Assembly: GCA_028023455.1 (NCBI GenBank)
Contig: JAQFVV010000007.1
Span: 11,160,001-11,224,000 of the forward strand
Reading direction: 5' to 3'
DNA from: Epiperipatus broadwayi
Taxonomy: Eukaryota; Animalia; Onychophora
DNA: 64,000 bases
Made by a program: the position numbers and the translations under genes. Under the pieces are notes generated by a model. It worked only from the letters and a program-made list of their open reading frames with translations, had not been told where the DNA came from and did no database searches. Below are positions 1 to 14,329 of this stretch, piece by piece. Position 1 is the first letter of the stretch. Each line of letters opens with the position of its first letter.

Positions 1-19
1 TAACGTTACTTATAGCAAT

Positions 20-900
20 TTTTTAACGTTATCGTCATGAATGATTTTATCCATGTATTATTGCAAAATAAGTTGCAGCTTGGCCTCATGATTCTAATTG
101 CAAGTGATTCACCTTATTTAATTTTATTAATTCCAATATTGTTATTGATAGGGGGTTCATGTGATTTTTATGATGGATTGGAATAGTTTTCAGCAGAGAC
201 ATTTTGAAGCTTGAATTTTTTTCGTTGTTCTCCATAGTTTTTCTATAATTTTTCCAAAGTATTCAGAATTGCTCTCTTGTGAAGATATTCAAGGCCATTT
301 GGAAGAACTGAACAGTAGATTGATTTAGTCTGTATTTTATGTGTTGTCTCCAAGTGTTTCCTATTTTTCAACTTATCTACCACAAGTTGGATTTCTCAAT
401 ATTGTATTCCTAAAATACTATTCATATTTGAATTCTAGACTTTACAATTAATTCCTAATTGTACCTTTTAATTAAAATTTTTATTACACTCAACTTTTCT
501 GATTGAATAAGAGAGTCTGGTTGTTGGGAGGGGCTCCAGAGGCCTAAATTCTGGTTCTTTTGAGGGGGAGGGCTTGGATGAAGGTGCTGTGGGGATCATT
601 ACTAACATTGATTTTCTCATTCACAAGAAGGAGAAAAACACTATTCAGAGTGTTTTTTTTTAGCGTCATTGTTATAAACAATTTTATCCAAGTATTATTG
701 CAAAGTAATCTGCAGTTTGGCCTAATGATTTTAATTGCAAGTGATTCACCCTATATAAATTTATTATTTCTAATGTTATTATCTCCAAGTGTTTTTCTAT
801 TCTCAACTTATCCATTGCAAATTGGATTTCTCAATATTGTACTCCTAAAATTCTACTCATATTTAAACTTTAGACTTTACAAATAATTCCTAGTTGTAAC
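20..900 (-). mobile_element. Two diverged fragments (about 20-470 and 655-900) of an L1/Tx1-clade ORF2 post-RT region
   Basis: Direct repeat visible on + (gcaagtgattcacc; ctccaagtgttt...ctagactttacaa in both copies). The second copy lacks about 200 bp. Minus-strand translation across stops gives ILGVQY, NTWR, G-ITCN and AKLQITLQ, resembling the L1/Tx1 pattern KILGV...W...GRITxIKSLxxAKL. Confidence 0.5.
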
Positions 901-2243
901 ATTCATTTGTCTTTAATGATTAATCTTCTCATGGATTAATGCTTTGAGTTTCCATGGGTTGATCAATTTCTGGAAATGCCATGGACAAAAAAAAATTCAG
1001 TGTGTTATTTCAAATCTCCATATTACACTATGTAACCCAATATCTACCTTGTAAAACATTTTATACACAATAAAGTCTCTCTTTTATAAAAAAAATAAAT
1101 AAGAATTTTGAAAATGGCCACATTTTTATAATTACACGATACTATTTCATTTATTTGCCAACAAGTGTCATGTTTTTTAACTGCAAATGTCCACATTTTA
1201 AAACTGTTTTACGCTTTCCTAAATTTATACCCTATTTTATAATAAATACAAAGTACATATTTTATACATTTACATGTATAGCAGAAATTATTTTTGCTTG
1301 TTTTTACAATATAAAATTAATAAAAAGTTACCTAAGAACTTTTATGACTAAGTAAATATCCAGTTTAACATAATTGTCTATTTATTAAACACAAACTCTA
1401 TGAAATTTTAAATTTCAATGATATAATTAATGATTTTGCAAAATAAAAAGAAAGAAAAGTAAATTTTGTGAAAGAATTGGATTTCACTGTAAATTTTGAG
1501 GCGGTAAACATGCAAGTACTTATATGTTAGATTATTTTTATCATCTAGAATTAATTGTTGAATAGATACTTATCAAAAGCATTCAAGTGTTAGCAATAGC
1601 ATATGGGTTTGGGTATAACATAACATTTTGAGTGGTATTATTTTCTCTCTTGAAGTGATGATAGAATAACAATACTAGTATGGGAATAAAATATAGGATC
1701 TTTAAATTCATGAATACTGGATTTAAAGTGGCATTAGTTGTTTAGAAAATAACCTTAAATTCAATATTTGGGAATCTAAAGATCCCAAATCCAATTATGT
1801 TATTGGTCGGGTGAGCTAGTAACACTTAAATAAGAGAGGGGAATAATACCACTTGAAATATTGTATGATATATTAACCAAAGTGCTATTACTAATAGGTG
1901 AATATATTTGAAAAGTTTACATAAAGTTTGAATTTTTTTAAAGAAATATATCCATTAAATCCAGATAATGAAAATAGTCCATCATACACCTACAAGTAAA
2001 ATGTCACCATTACACATTTTCAGCCAAGCAATAATCATACGATTATTTACTTTTTTAAATATTTAATTATCAGTTTATTATTGTTACCAGCATATAAAAA
2101 TTATAAATTATAATTTATTAGAACCTAAATCATAATGTTTTCAACAGACTGATTTTTGTCCCATGCCTTGAAAACTTCAGAGATGGCATTACTTGGCATT
2201 TCTTTTCCCCTTTTTAACTTAAAAAGTAGTAACTTGATATGTT

Positions 2244-2347
2244 TTTTTTCTCATGTGTCATAGCATCAGCCGGGAAGCGAACCCACTAACCCGGGACAAC
2301 TGCTTATAAAGCAGCTGTTACTGACCTCTCGACCACCAATGATTGAC
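2244..2347 (-). mobile_element. tRNA-Gly(TCC)-derived short SINE/retropseudogene with A-tail and 13-bp TSD
   Basis: Minus strand reads TCATTGGTGGTCGAGAGGTCAGTAACAGCTGCTTTATAAGCAGTTGTCCCGGGTT[AGTGGGTT]CGCTTCCCGGCTGATGC, which follows the eukaryotic tRNA-Gly(TCC) pattern (AGCTGCCTTCCAAGCAGTTGACCCGGGTTCGATTCCCGG) with A/B boxes. It ends in TGAG+A-run. The TSD aacttgatatgtt lies at 2231-2243 and 2348-2360. Confidence 0.8.
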
Positions 2348-5300
2348 AACTTGATATGTTAATCACTAAAAATTAAAAAAATATTTATTGTAGTTAATCT
2401 TGTTGCAAAAAAATACATTTATTTTCAATTTTTACAGTATATGAATAAGATAAATAAAATGAAAGGTTAGAGGGCAAAATGGAAAACTAATTTTATTTAA
2501 TTGTTACAATTTTATTTACCATTATCAAACTCACTCCACTCACAATTTTGACACCATCCACCTCAGATAAATACAGAAATGATTATTATTAATCGTTTCC
2601 TAAACTAGACATTATCTCTAGCACAGATATAAACTTTAAACCTGTTAATGATTAATATATCTGATTTTTTAAAAGACAGATTAACAAATTATTAATTATA
2701 AAGGAGTACGCTCTTTTAGATGATAGATTTTTTAATAGTTTTATTAAGTCCTTCAATTCTGTTAATTTGTCCATAAATTTGGTAGTTATTAGTTATGTGG
2801 TTCATAATTTGTGGTAACTATCTACAAAGGTCGGTGTCTATTAACTTTCATTAAATAAGCAGATGAGACAATTCCTCAGTGATTAAACTTAGCTGTCTTT
2901 AGGATTGGAGATGGAAAAAAAAACATTTGTCTCAACCTTTATAAAAATTCTACTTTTATGCTATGGTTTTCGATTGTTTGAAAATATTTTTGGTTGAGCA
3001 TTTTAAAGAGTATCACAATTTGATGTAAATCTTAAATGTGAGCCTATATTTTGAATTATATGTAAATATAATTCACTTATTAGCTTTTAATAAATTTTCT
3101 GTGAGACAACTTTTTTTGTAATAATTGGTAGAGGAATTTAGAAGAAAAAGAAACTGCCGAAGAATAGATTTGAAGAAGCAAGTAATATTTTTAATAATAT
3201 TATGCGTATATACAAATGCAATGCAAATGTGTATGCAATAAATATTAAAATTAATATTTGTAATTTACATTTAATATTTATTTTAAATTTTAAGTAGCAG
3301 ACGTTTTAAAGATGTGGAAGATTTGCAAATAGAAAATAAGAAGTATAATTGTTGAATGATTAGGATATGTTCATTCACTATAAAAGGGTATACAAGTTTG
3401 ACAAGCTATGAAATAAGAATTTCAGATTAAAAATCATGTGCCTTTATGATCTTATATGCTAGCCATTTTTGTTGTTTATCATGCTAAACATGAAATGAAA
3501 ATAGTTTTAGAATTATAATATATATATATAACATGCAATATTAAAACTCATAACACCATGCAATAATTTTTTTAAAATACTCTCTAATTTAGCATAAGTC
3601 AAACAGCTGTAAGCGAATCAATTAAAACATATTTAGATACAATACACACTTGATTTAAAAATTTATTCTTTTGTAATTCAATTATATATTATTTTCTTCT
3701 TTTTTGAAGTAGTATAATAAACGATTATTAATGAACACATATGCAAAAAAAGGTAGAATTAAAAAAAAAATCCAGCTTTATTACTGCTTAGCATGCTTTC
3801 AATATATTATGTATATCATATTCATAGCTTATAGTAATATGACTCATAATATAAACTATGAATGTGATATACATGATATACTGAAAGCATGATATGCAGT
3901 AATAAAGCTAAATATTTTTTAAAAATCTACCTTTTTTGCACATGTGTTAATTAACAGTCATTTATTATATTAATCTTTTCTATCCAAAGCGTTTTAATCA
4001 ATTTTCTATATTAATAAATGATGCAAAAAATAAATAGATGCTTTATTTTTGTTAAATTTTAATTTATGCTAGGTTAGATAGAATCTCAAAATATTTATTG
4101 TATAGTGTTGTGAGTTTTAAATTCGAATGTTACATATAACAGTTAGAAATTATTAATTGTTATTGATATTGGAATTATCTAAGTGTTGAATGATTTCTAA
4201 TGACTGTATATATTGAACTGTTTTACATACATATGATTCAAATATATTGACAGTTGGTAATATTTAAAAAAGCTTTGACCCATTCATATTTTGGAAGACA
4301 AAAGAAATGTCTTTTGGCCAATTCGCCCTCTGTTGAATTCTTTTGTAAATATTATACGTTAAAATGCATGTAAAATGGTATATTTTATTATAATAAATGT
4401 TTTTCTTAAGATTTTGCATTAAAAGGCATGAAATTCAAAATTGCCACTCTTATAATAGACATAAGCCTCATCCTGACATGTTCAGCCATTATCTGTTGCC
4501 AAGGCTGTAAAACATTCAGCGTTTTACAACATTGTAGTTTCCAATGATGCAAAAACATGTTTATTTGCTAATTTATTACACTTTTAGATATTTTTTTAAA
4601 AATAATTTACACTATATTTATTAGATATCAAGAAATATAAATTATTAATAACTTAGTTTGACTTGAAATATTTTATTTTTATAAATATAATGTTATATTA
4701 GCATCTAATGTAAGAATAGCCTGAAGCAAATTAGAAAACTAGTATTGACGTAAACAATCTACTTTATATTTACGAGTAAGAAAATATCCAATTTTTGCAA
4801 TGAATATTCAAAAAATTTAAACTTTTAAAGTATAATTCATTAGATATAAGAGAAATAAATAAATATTCATTTCGATGTTTCATTGATTTTATAAACTGAA
4901 AATAATCTTTCTAGAAACAATGATGTGTAAAGTCTTTGTTTTGATTACATCTTAATTTTTTTAATATTTACAGAAACAAAATGTGAACATTTAAAATTTA
5001 TTTCAGTAGTAAACAAAAATATCTATCAAATGCAGTCAAATTAATTTTTTTCTGATAAGTAATAATCATTTTATCATATATTTTACATTGATGTTTGAGA
5101 CAAAAAAAAACTATCAGAAATAGCAAAATTCAGTAGGATTAAAAAAAGTAAAATTTAAAGATCATTTAAAAGAGCAATTTTTTTTTTGGTTAGTATGCTT
5201 TACTTTTTTAGATAAAGTACAGAGAAAGTTATTTGTGTTTTGAATTATTTATTTAATTAAAAAAAAATAAAAATTAAAATTGCAGATAAATAAAAAAAAA

Positions 5301-6451
5301 GACGTTTCCAACATAAAAGATTAGGATCAGAAAAAACCTTTTAAATTATAATTAAAGATGGCCACAATAATTTATAAAAAAGAAACTTTGTAATTAAAAA
5401 TATAAAATAAATATGCAAGATTATCATTTTGTATTCTGATAAAAAACAAAAGATAACATATGCACAGAAGTCTAAAAACTGACCCAAGATTATAAAAGGG
5501 CAGAAAAACTTCAAACTATGTCTTATCTGTTTTTTCTTGGCTGGTTCTGGATTACACTCTATGCTGAAATAATTTGTCATGCAGGAGTGGACTGGAGCTT
5601 TTACTGACACCATTCACCATGAAGACAGCAACCCAAAAAGCTTTCATGACTAGCCTTAGGATGGACCAAGAACAGTTTAAAACAAAGACTATGAGCTCTT
5701 ATAACCCAGGAAATAAACACACTACAAAACTTATCAGTAAGTCACAATATTCTTATTCATACCCAATTGTGTCTACTTGTTGTTTGCAAACTAAATTTAA
5801 CTATAAAACTAATGAGAAGCTTCAAATACCAATATAGACATTATTCAATGAACCTTCTAGAAGAAATTTAATTATAACATAAACTTCAAATATTTGATTA
5901 GTATTATTTGGATTAGCATGTGGAAATTCTTTCTAGCATATTAATAATTCTCATTTAAATATGATAATTTGTTATAATAAAAATATTCATATTTAATAAT
6001 CATTTTCATTGTGCGTTATTAATTTTAAGTTTATTAGATTTATTGTTAATAAATTGCATGAAAAATGAATGTTACCTTTGCCAATATGCTTGTTTTATAG
6101 TTAAACCCTGGGAAAAATTCATATAAAAGCTTTAACATAGCAAAAAAATGTAATTCTTGATTTTCTAAATTATTTGCTTCGTAAGTCACGATGTGATGTG
6201 ATGCAATGGATCAGTGAATTCTTGTGTAGAATTCTGGTACCCATTCTAAATAAATTAAAAAACTGATTCCACTGGCAGTGCACATTGCAATAAATAGTAG
6301 GCAAGAAATATAGCAGTTCTCGAGATACCCAGACTCATAAATGATATGAATATATTTTCTTTTTCATAGCTTGATTAACTTGCCTTTCTAGTGCATAAAA
6401 AAAGAACAAAATTAAACTGTGAATGTTAAAATAAACAGTGGACAAAACAAT

Positions 6452-6484
<33 letters not shown>

Positions 6485-6839
6485 AAGCACTGGAGGTATT
6501 CTATTATAAATAAACTATATTATATGTAATAAAATACATTCTATTTGAGTATATTGGCAATTCTCAATTATTGCAGTAGTAGTAAATCTTTTGTCATTGA
6601 TATGCTGTATCGAAAATCTAGTTCAGGAAAGGAACAAATATTGTTTTATATCAAAGATGTATTATTATAATAGTTGATAATTGTCTACATAGAATATATT
6701 TTAATATATATATCCATTGGAAAAAAATATTAAAAAGGCACAAAAATTCATACTCACAAAGTTTGCTTAATACATTAATCTTTTCACCATTTCAAAAGTG
6801 CTACCATAAAACATAAGTAATGATATTAACATTAGTAAT

Positions 6840-7520
6840 ATTATATACCTCAATGTAGCACTTCACAATATATTACACATTTACTAAATTCTCTCTCCTT
6901 ATCAAGATCACTATGAAGTTTGTACAAATGTGGTCTATTAGCCTTGGACATGAAGTGAATCCTTCATTTTTTGAAGCCCTTTTGATAAAGAAATTTTCTA
7001 GAACATATAAAATGATAAAATCTGGCAGAAATTGATTTGTTTGAAGGTGTACTCATACATATATTTTATTGATTCTGTTTTTAAATATTGTAATATAATA
7101 TTCAAAGAACATTTTGTATTCTTAAGCCTATTACATTTGGCAGTTTTTTTTACTTCAATTTCCTGTAAATAATTTATTTAAATTTCTTCTTTCTTATATT
7201 TATACATTATAGTATATAAAAATATGAAATGTACATTAATACTGTGATGCTGAATCTGTAGACTACTTTTTTACAATCACACACATCCAATAATGTTAGC
7301 ATTCTATAGTAAATAAGGTGATAGTTTTTAAGCATCAGAATAAAACTTTTGAATATATCGCATATTGTTTTGTGCACTTTCGGAAAAATTAGTTTTTGTA
7401 TTATCAAGCCATGTTTCAACTATCAAATTGCAGTTGACTAAACTTTTTCTTTTTACACACTGATTAATAAAATTTAATTGCATATGTTTTATGCAGAATC
7501 TACAAATATTATTCAAATCA
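6840..7520 (-). mobile_element. Degenerate LINE apurinic-like endonuclease fragment
   Basis: Minus-strand frames contain LIVETWL, VVYR and LIDHICTN, matching the APE motifs ETW, vYR and DHi. Many stops. Confidence 0.45.
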
Positions 7521-8912
7521 AATGTGTTCAGCAGTCATAGATATATGATGTTTTTATTAGCATTCTTATTATATACATCAGTTGATATTTTTTGCTGCTG
7601 TCAATAAATAAATCCTATCTGAGTAAACAAACTAAGAAATTACTTTACGATTTTTTAAAATAATTACTAAATATTACTTTTTGATTAGTATAATGCATTT
7701 TAACAAATTATGAGCTTCATCAACTTAATGAATATTTTTTCTGTAATGTAATTTTGACTACATCTTTCTCACACAAGGTAGGGACTGATGTGAATACCTT
7801 GCTGAGGGATGTAATCATAAATATGTGACCAAATATATGACTCTCTTGTCTAATAAATGACTAATAAAAATTATTTATATACTATGAGATTATTTGAAAA
7901 TTCTTTCATTATGTGAAAACATTCTTGACCGTTCTCTGGATTTGAAGTCTAGAACACAATGGGTAGATTAATGCAACAATCCATTAAACTAGAAAGCCTT
8001 AGTGCATTAGTTAGCTTAATTTTATGCAGTGATAGTGAAAAAATTTGAAGATCAAGATTATGCAGCTTAAAATTCTTATGAACTTCTGCACAATAAAACA
8101 TTCAATTAATTTTGCCCTGTGAGATTTAGTAACCATAGTGGAGTTGCAGTTTCTGGAGGTTGAGGTCCATGAGTCATGTTGCTCTTAATTCATTACCAGA
8201 ATTCAAACTTTTTATGAATTTTAATGGAATAAATCATTTGATTACTTTTTTAGTATACTTTATAGTAATGAACAATATAATGACTAATATTACATATGAT
8301 GATTTTCTTTTTCAGTTTAGTACATGGAAAAAGTGAAGGCATGTAACAGCTTTATCTTAAAATATATTATATAACTGCAAAATATTCACTCACAGTTATT
8401 ACTCTTTTTTGATGAATAAAAAGTGTGATTTTTTAATTCTGTAGAGGACACCACTAATGTGAAGACATATAAACAAATTCTTTTCTTAAATATTGTTACA
8501 TATATTACACATATAGGGTCGTGATTAGATGCATCCTTGTATATGACTAACATTCAAATAATATATTTAAGTTATTAGTTTGGTTACAACACAGGTTTTG
8601 TGAGGTTATAAGGTATTTGATAATAAATTGTATCACACAGATACTGTGAATTCCAAAGTCACTGTTGGTATAGTTGTCAAAAATATTTATGCTTTGAACT
8701 CAGCAGTATTGTTTGTGATAATTGTCACAAATATTTTGCAAAGTTAATCTTTGAATGTTCAGATTAATTAATGTTAAAGATAGTTTTGGGTTGTATTTTT
8801 ATTTTTGTTAGTAATATCTGCAATTCTATTGTTTGAAAATAATATTTTTATATTTATTTGTTTAATCATTTTATATTGTAATAAATAAAAAATAATCATG
8901 TATTTTATTATA

Positions 8913-9199
8913 TAATCATTAAAAGCCAGTGAACACTTTGATAATCCAAATATCAATAATAATCAACAATTTCAAACTGTTATCAAGGTAAGGCAACCTC
9001 TTTTAACAGCAAAGGTCAATACTTAGACAATCCCAATATTAATAATAAACAATTTCAAACTGTTGTCAAAGCAACCTCCTTTCAACAATAAAGTTGGCAT
9101 TGTTTACTGTTAAAAGGAAGTTGCCTTGGCAACAGTTTGAAATTGTTGATTGTTATTGATATTGGGATTGTCTAAGTGTTTACTGGCTTTTAATGATTA
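8913..9199. mobile_element. Palindromic MITE-like element with about 100-bp inverted arms and one extra internal arm copy
   Basis: The left end taatcattaaaagccagt is the reverse complement of the right end actggcttttaatgatta, and both ends are TA-flanked. The internal arm repeat is acttagacaatcccaatatt...ctgttgtcaaagcaacc. Partial copies lie near 4140-4205, 29205-29290, 32770-32855 and 41110-41190. Confidence 0.75.
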
Positions 9200-10059
9200 C
9201 TTACAAACCCATTTAGACTTGAACATTATTACACTTTTCATTATATAAATCTAATAACTGCAAATTTTCAATCTTTTTACATTTTTTTCATATTTCAGCA
9301 ACATACAAGCAATGTATACTCTGGGATGCACTTGACCTATAGTGCAATTTTATTGATGCCACTTTTAGAGGGTTAAATAGCAAATGGATCATTAATTTTT
9401 AACTATTAGCATAATTGAAATATTGAAGAGATCTGCATGGTTATTTTTAATCTTCAATAACATTTGATATTTCTTATTAATTATTTAATAAAGAAAACCG
9501 ATAGCATCTCTTTTCCTAATAGGATAGGTCATGAAGTATTAATAACAAAAATAATATATTTATTTTCATTTCATATAGATATTTATTATTAAGAAAATGA
9601 CTTTAATGGATTTATCACATCTTCATTTTTATTCCAGTTGCTTATTTAAATTCTTATAAGATGTTGTGAAATAATTTCAGATGTATTTACCTAATAAAGC
9701 AAGTTTATTTTATTAGCACTTATACAAGTAATAGTTTTACTATAATGCATGTAGCATCATTGAATGCTAAAATAAGCCTAGAATTACTGGTTGCTAAGTT
9801 TTATCACATATACAAAATATATAAAAGTTAGCAAAAAATGAAATTGGCCCAGTAAGTGATGAACGAAGATTGGAGGGAGGGAAAGCAGACATGCATTTAA
9901 TAAAATGTAATCAAGTCACAATGTGGTAAAATATAACATTTTTTTTACTCATTACATGTGAGGATGCATATCCCATAATAGATAGTCATTATTGTGTCTC
10001 ATTGCAGATCATCATGCATTTATACCCTGAATGTTCATTTACATTCTTTAAACCACTAA

Positions 10060-10345
10060 AAATCACATGATCACCATTTCTTATGCTTGCTCATAACTGT
10101 TACCAAAACATGCAAAACTCTCTATAGATAAAAGGTGGCTCATGGAGGGTTGCATTAGATCCTAAGATCTAGATGCAGTGCTCTCTCATTGACAAAATCC
10201 ACAAGCTAGAAACTAGTCTGGGAATATTGAATGAGTAGGCACTATATAGGAATTTTATGCACAAGTCTTTTAGCATCCATTTATTACTCTAGCTTGCACC
10301 GAGTGGCACTACTGTATGAAGAGTTTTGCCTGTTTTAATTACATT
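10060..10345. repeat. Diverged copy of the 12095-12345 segment
   Basis: Shared colinear blocks atgatcaccatt, gcttgctcataactgttac, ccacaagctagaaa, gattttatgcac and tgtatgaagagttt. Confidence 0.75.
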
Positions 10346-11699
10346 CTTTATTAATCAAAAGAAATTTGCAGCAGAAACATTTTCAATTATTTACTGAGAC
10401 TACTGTAAATGTTGTATAGTGGAACAAAAGTTTTTAAAAAGATTGAGAAAGTATCAATCAAATTGTTCCTCAAATATCGATTTCAAGTGATTAAAACATT
10501 GTGATTTGAATTGTGACACATCTCTAAGGAGTTGAATGCCTACTCAGAAACTAAAAATAGTTAAATAAAAAAGAGTGTTAGGCATAATGTCATGTTTTAT
10601 GTACTGGATCTTATATGCAATAGTTGTATTTAAACTTTAAAAAAAGTGTATGGATTGCTACAGTGGCAGACTGCTGAGTTTAAATCCCATGAGTGGCAGT
10701 CTGGGTCTGGCATTTCTGGTGATCCAAATTTTTATGAATTCATGAGCAATACAAATAATTGATTATTATTAGGGATACATTCTTCTCATGTGGAGAATTT
10801 AAGTGATCACATCTTAACAGTATACAAATTTTTGAGAAATGGGCTCATATTTTTTTAATGAATATTTTAAATATAAATTTATCTAAATTAACTAATGATT
10901 TGCAAATAATTGTACATTTAAAAATAGTTATTATGTATGTAAATAGTATTAGTAAATCCATCAACTTAAGTCAAGATTTTTAAAATAAATATTTTTGCTA
11001 TGCTTATATTGTTGTTATTTAGTGGATTCTCAAATATATTTATTAGTTACAACATGCAATTCCTCAAATTGTAGTAATACATACAATTTCTTTATATGTC
11101 GTCTTTGCTATTTTAACTATCAAATAAATTTAGAAAATTGGGATAAATTAGATGCAGTTTATTGCATTTGAAAGATAAACTTTTTTGTTTTTTGGATAAT
11201 GTACATAAAATATCAGAATACTTTGTAATGTTTTCATATCTATCAGAGATCATAAAAGTTTAAAATAAAAAGGTAAACCAATTTTAAATCATCTATTGAA
11301 AATTTAAGATGTTCTCAGAAGGTCTTTGCAGTGGAGAAATATAAATAATAATACTCACTATGGTAATTAATGCCTATCTGGTGAAATAAGTTTTCCTCTA
11401 GTTATATTGAGCTAGATGTAAATTTACTATCCATTAATGAGAAAGGTAGCTTAATTCTTTATGAGCCAGATGTCTGGCAAATTTTATATTCCTATTCAAA
11501 CATAGTGATTATAGAAAGCATTTATGCTACCCATTATAAAATATAAAATGCTTGAACATTGTATTAATTAAGAAAAAGGCATGTAGTAACTATCTCTATT
11601 GACTTCTGGATAATTCAGACTGTTTTTGAGCCAAAATAATATAAATATAACATTGTTATTAATTCATTTTAAGCTTAGGTTTAATAATGAACTTGTCCA

Positions 11700-12380
11700 G
11701 ACTACAGTGCTTTCTAGATTAAATTCACAATATGTATTGACAGGCCAAGGAAACAACAATACTAAACAAATAGCCAATGTGTCTGAGACAGATCAATGAA
11801 ATAACTAGACTAATAAAATAAATCTGATTGTTCACATTAAGGTAGAAAATCCTCCCTACAAAGCCAAGATATACTGGAGAGAAAGAAATTTTTTTTAGTA
11901 AGTTACAATCATCTCAGCAAATTACATGTCTGCAATTACTCTAACAATAATGTACATTACTCATTTACAGAAAGCTATCAGAGAAGCCCAAGTTTCAAAA
12001 AATAACAACTATCTGAAAGCAGTATCAGACTTTGCAAAAGGCAAATCAATGTGACTGGAAGTTTCTATACTTGTTAGAATATGTCTGACAGTCTTCATTA
12101 CATGATCACCATTACACGCTTGCTCATAACTGTTACTAAAACAGGAAAAACTCTCCATACAGTAATACCACTTGGATCCAAGACTCCTCACTGATGAAAG
12201 CCACAAGCTAGAAATTAGTTTGGTGATGTTTGATGAGTAGACAATAGATAAAGATTTTATGCACTGGCCTTCTGGCATCCATTGATTACTCTGGCTTGCA
12301 CTGAGTGGAACTATTGTATGAAGAGTTTCGCTTATTTTAATAACATTATTCATCCTGATAATTATTTTTGATAACAAATA
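11700..12380 (+). mobile_element. Possible very old hAT (Buster/Charlie-like) transposase fossil
   Basis: Frames give KPRYTGEKEIF, YSNNNV, LEVSILVR and TKTGKTL; the 10.3-kb copy gives SLHRVAHCMKSF. These loosely resemble KPHTIGE, LSNNTV, QLxxFVR, TTGEDIF and HCxxHxEALxxK. Weak. Confidence 0.3.
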
Positions 12381-14329
12381 TCTGCTGTAATCTCTCTAAA
12401 TATAATAAATGGCGAACTTTTATAACTGTTTATAATTATATTATTACTAGAAATACATACAATAAATATTTTGACATTACTTCAATTGTAGTTCAGTTAT
12501 TTATTAGTTAGAAACATTATTTTCTGGCATGAAAACATATATACACAACAAATATATCTGATACATGAGGATGTATGTTTATGTATATATTCGCTGTGTA
12601 TATATATATATATTGTGTTATATTATTTTGATTTTTATAGTTTTATTGTTGTATTTGTTTTTTTATTCTATGAAGCTCGCATCTTTACATTGACTTTCTT
12701 TTTGTTTTGAGTCTTTAAATTATATCTAGACTTATTGGCTTACCAGTACCTATTAAAGTATAAATTAGTTCTACCGTTTTATAAATCATTTGGCATGCAA
12801 GTAATTTACCACTCCCAAACAGTTTGCCATAAACTTTGGTCTTTTACAGATTGTAATTTTTATTTTTGATTGTTCGTAATAACTCACTTTTCCTTTATAA
12901 TGAATCGTGTGTTTCCAAAATTAACATGTAATATGATTATCTAAAACAATTTTCCTGCACTTAAAAGTTATCAATAATTTACGCACAAATTAACTTTTAT
13001 TTTAAAAGATAATAACACACACATAGAAAATTGTAATGATCTGCAATATTATAAATATCGTGTAATTTAAAAATGTTAGCACGGAACTTTTTCAGAGTTT
13101 GAGAAAAGAAAATCTATAACTTTAAAGATATACTGGAGAGAATTACGGTTAAAGAATTAGAAAATGTGTGCTTGCTTTGAACTTCAAATTTAATTTTATA
13201 AAACCATTTTAGAAATACTGAACTTGTACGTTTTATACATTCTGAGATAGGATTGTGATATCTGTAAGAGCAAGGTTCCAAACTATTAAACTGTCAAAAA
13301 TACATTTGATATTCTAAACAAGAAAGATATTAATATTCTAAAGCACTTCTGCAAACAAAGTTAATCGCACATTTAGATGGTTTCTGTTTTAAATGGAAAA
13401 TTTGATTAAAGAAAGCCAGTTCTTATGCAAGTCAGAATGTGTGTTTGTATATATGTCGAGAATTTAAAAGGAAGAAGTAAAAAAAAAGAATATTTATTTG
13501 TCTTGAAAATCATGTGCTGTTTGAGCACCAAAAGGACAGATTGAAATTTGATCCAAATACTTTTAGCTTTAGTGCCACCACACTCAAATATTTTATTATC
13601 ATTTTTTGCTTGATAAGTCATATGACATCTTAATACAAAAAGTGACGGTTGATGCTTTGTTTCAAAAATCAGAAAATTTAGGTTAATGGTGTTGTAATGT
13701 TATTACACCTTAGAGTTTGTGAAAAAAGTGACATGCTAGAAATCATAGTTATATGTAATAAACATTTAACTTTTTATCATATATTTGTGTTGCTTGATTA
13801 TTATTATCATCACTTTCAAATGTTATTGATTAAATACTAATTCATTTGCTTCTTCTACTGGTTTTCCTCCTCATTGTTCAAACAGACTTTGTAATTTATC
13901 CATATATCTCTCATATGATCTCTTTTTAGTCTTTTACCATTTGTTTAATTTAGTTTAATATCATATTTATTAGCAAATAGTTATTACTCTAATGGTCAAT
14001 GGATAACCTGTAATTGATATTAGGGATAATTATTAACTACAGATTAAGTTGTAGTTTCCAACTATGATCTTATTTATTTATTTTGTAATTTCTGTTAATA
14101 AAGGTTTAGTTTTTTGTACCATAAGTGATTTTTATATTATTTTTAATTTTTTAATTATTATGTTTATTATCTAGTTTTATATTTGTATTTTTAGATATTT
14201 TATTTACATAAAAATGAATTTTTAATCAATTGGCAGGTCTTTAATGTTTAAATTAAAATTATTACATGTTTCCTTTCACCTGATTATATGGTCATTCACA
14301 CGCAGTTTTTATAACATTTAACTGTCTGG

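Noticed and set aside
560-886. 108-aa hydrophobic ORF, and most other ORFs under 110 aa in the track
   Set aside because: They are antisense shadows of TE fragments or AT-rich chance ORFs with no recognisable domains.
3130-3345. Putative micro-exons (EFRRKRNCRRIDLKKQ; RFKDVEDLQIENK, reminiscent of coiled-coil proteins such as TPR)
   Set aside because: The splice phases are incompatible and no further exons support a gene model.
12185-12225. CTGATGA-AAGCCACAAGCTA-GAAA hammerhead-like string
   Set aside because: No stem I or stem III, and it lies inside a probable transposase fossil.
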